Shown piece after piece: positions 63,462 to 64,000 of a stretch of 64,000 nucleotides of DNA. The stretch spans positions 1 through 64,000 of the forward strand of contig RHPI01001259.1 in the NCBI GenBank assembly GCA_009103225.1, read 5' to 3'. The notes under the pieces are model-generated. The model was not told the origin of the DNA and made no database searches. It saw nothing but the letters and a program-made list of their open reading frames with translations. This stretch comes from Chlorokybus atmophyticus. Taxonomy: Eukaryota; Plantae; Mesostigma and Chlorokybus algae. The number at the start of each line of letters is the position of its first letter. Positions within the stretch are counted from its first letter, which is position 1. The position numbers and the translations under genes were made by a program.

Positions 63462-64000
63462 CGCCACCTGCCATGCCCAAGCTTGTTGAGCTGGTCCAGT
63501 TCTCCATGCGATTGGTGGTGAAGCCATAGGCTGCACCTGCGCCGTCAGCCCAACTTACTTGTAAGCTGACTCCCCGTTAGTTACTGTTGTCTGTTAGGCT
63601 TCTAACTTTACATGATTGTTTGCTAATAAACTCTGATAGCCTTACACCTGACGAGGTTGGTATGGATGATTGCTAGCATGATGCTGTGAGGAAACGGGCA
63701 GAGGCATTGTGACAAGCAGGCTTGGCACAGAAAGCCTTCTTGCATTGCATTGCTGCTGACGGTTCATGCTGTTCTATGCAATCTGCACGATCACAACGAG
63801 ACATTCGACTGGAACGTTGTGCACAGTCAACAGTGTACTTGCTCACCTGCATGCACTCATGCTAGTCCGCATACGAGCAAGGCATTCAGTTGACCAGGTC
63901 CTGCTTGAGCCTACCTGCAATGCATGACATACCCAGAGAGGGTGTTATGACTATGACTGGGCAATCCCACACAGTCATATTCTCTTTGCAAAAGCAGTGC

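Overview
Intron-rich, GC-rich eukaryotic nuclear DNA with two N-gaps. The gene content (KNOX-like TALE homeobox, Agenet-PHD-GNAT IDM1-like gene, GIL1/IRKI-like domain) suggests a green-lineage organism, probably an early-branching streptophyte alga (inference). Host genes: a partial plastid-targeted coiled-coil gene, an IDM1-like histone acetyltransferase, a divergent KNOX-like gene that the ORF track misses, an antenna-type glutamate dehydrogenase and a GRAM-VASt sterol transporter. Two retrotransposons each carry a DNA methyltransferase domain. The first is a decayed Ty3/Gypsy element (3227-12219, minus) ordered gag-PR-C5 DNMT-[RT deleted]-RNaseH-integrase-PHD, with an odd B...A'BA terminal repeat layout. 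The second is a nearly intact tyrosine-recombinase retrotransposon (23983-30288) with split direct repeats, an intron in ORF1, RT-RNaseH-N6A-MTase and an antisense YR; it appears to be inserted into a DM9 lectin-like gene. The window also holds decaying conflict/effector-like genes: a Crinkler-type REase+kinase pseudogene, a P-loop ATPase gene containing a 98-bp-arm foldback, a Mug135-like ORF, and a repeatedly duplicated head-to-head pair of an HSPA12-type Hsp70 and a coiled-coil protein with a GIL1/IRKI-like, possibly GrpE-like, C-terminal domain. That pair is the best candidate for an undescribed system. All domain calls are from motif recognition by eye; no database searches were run.
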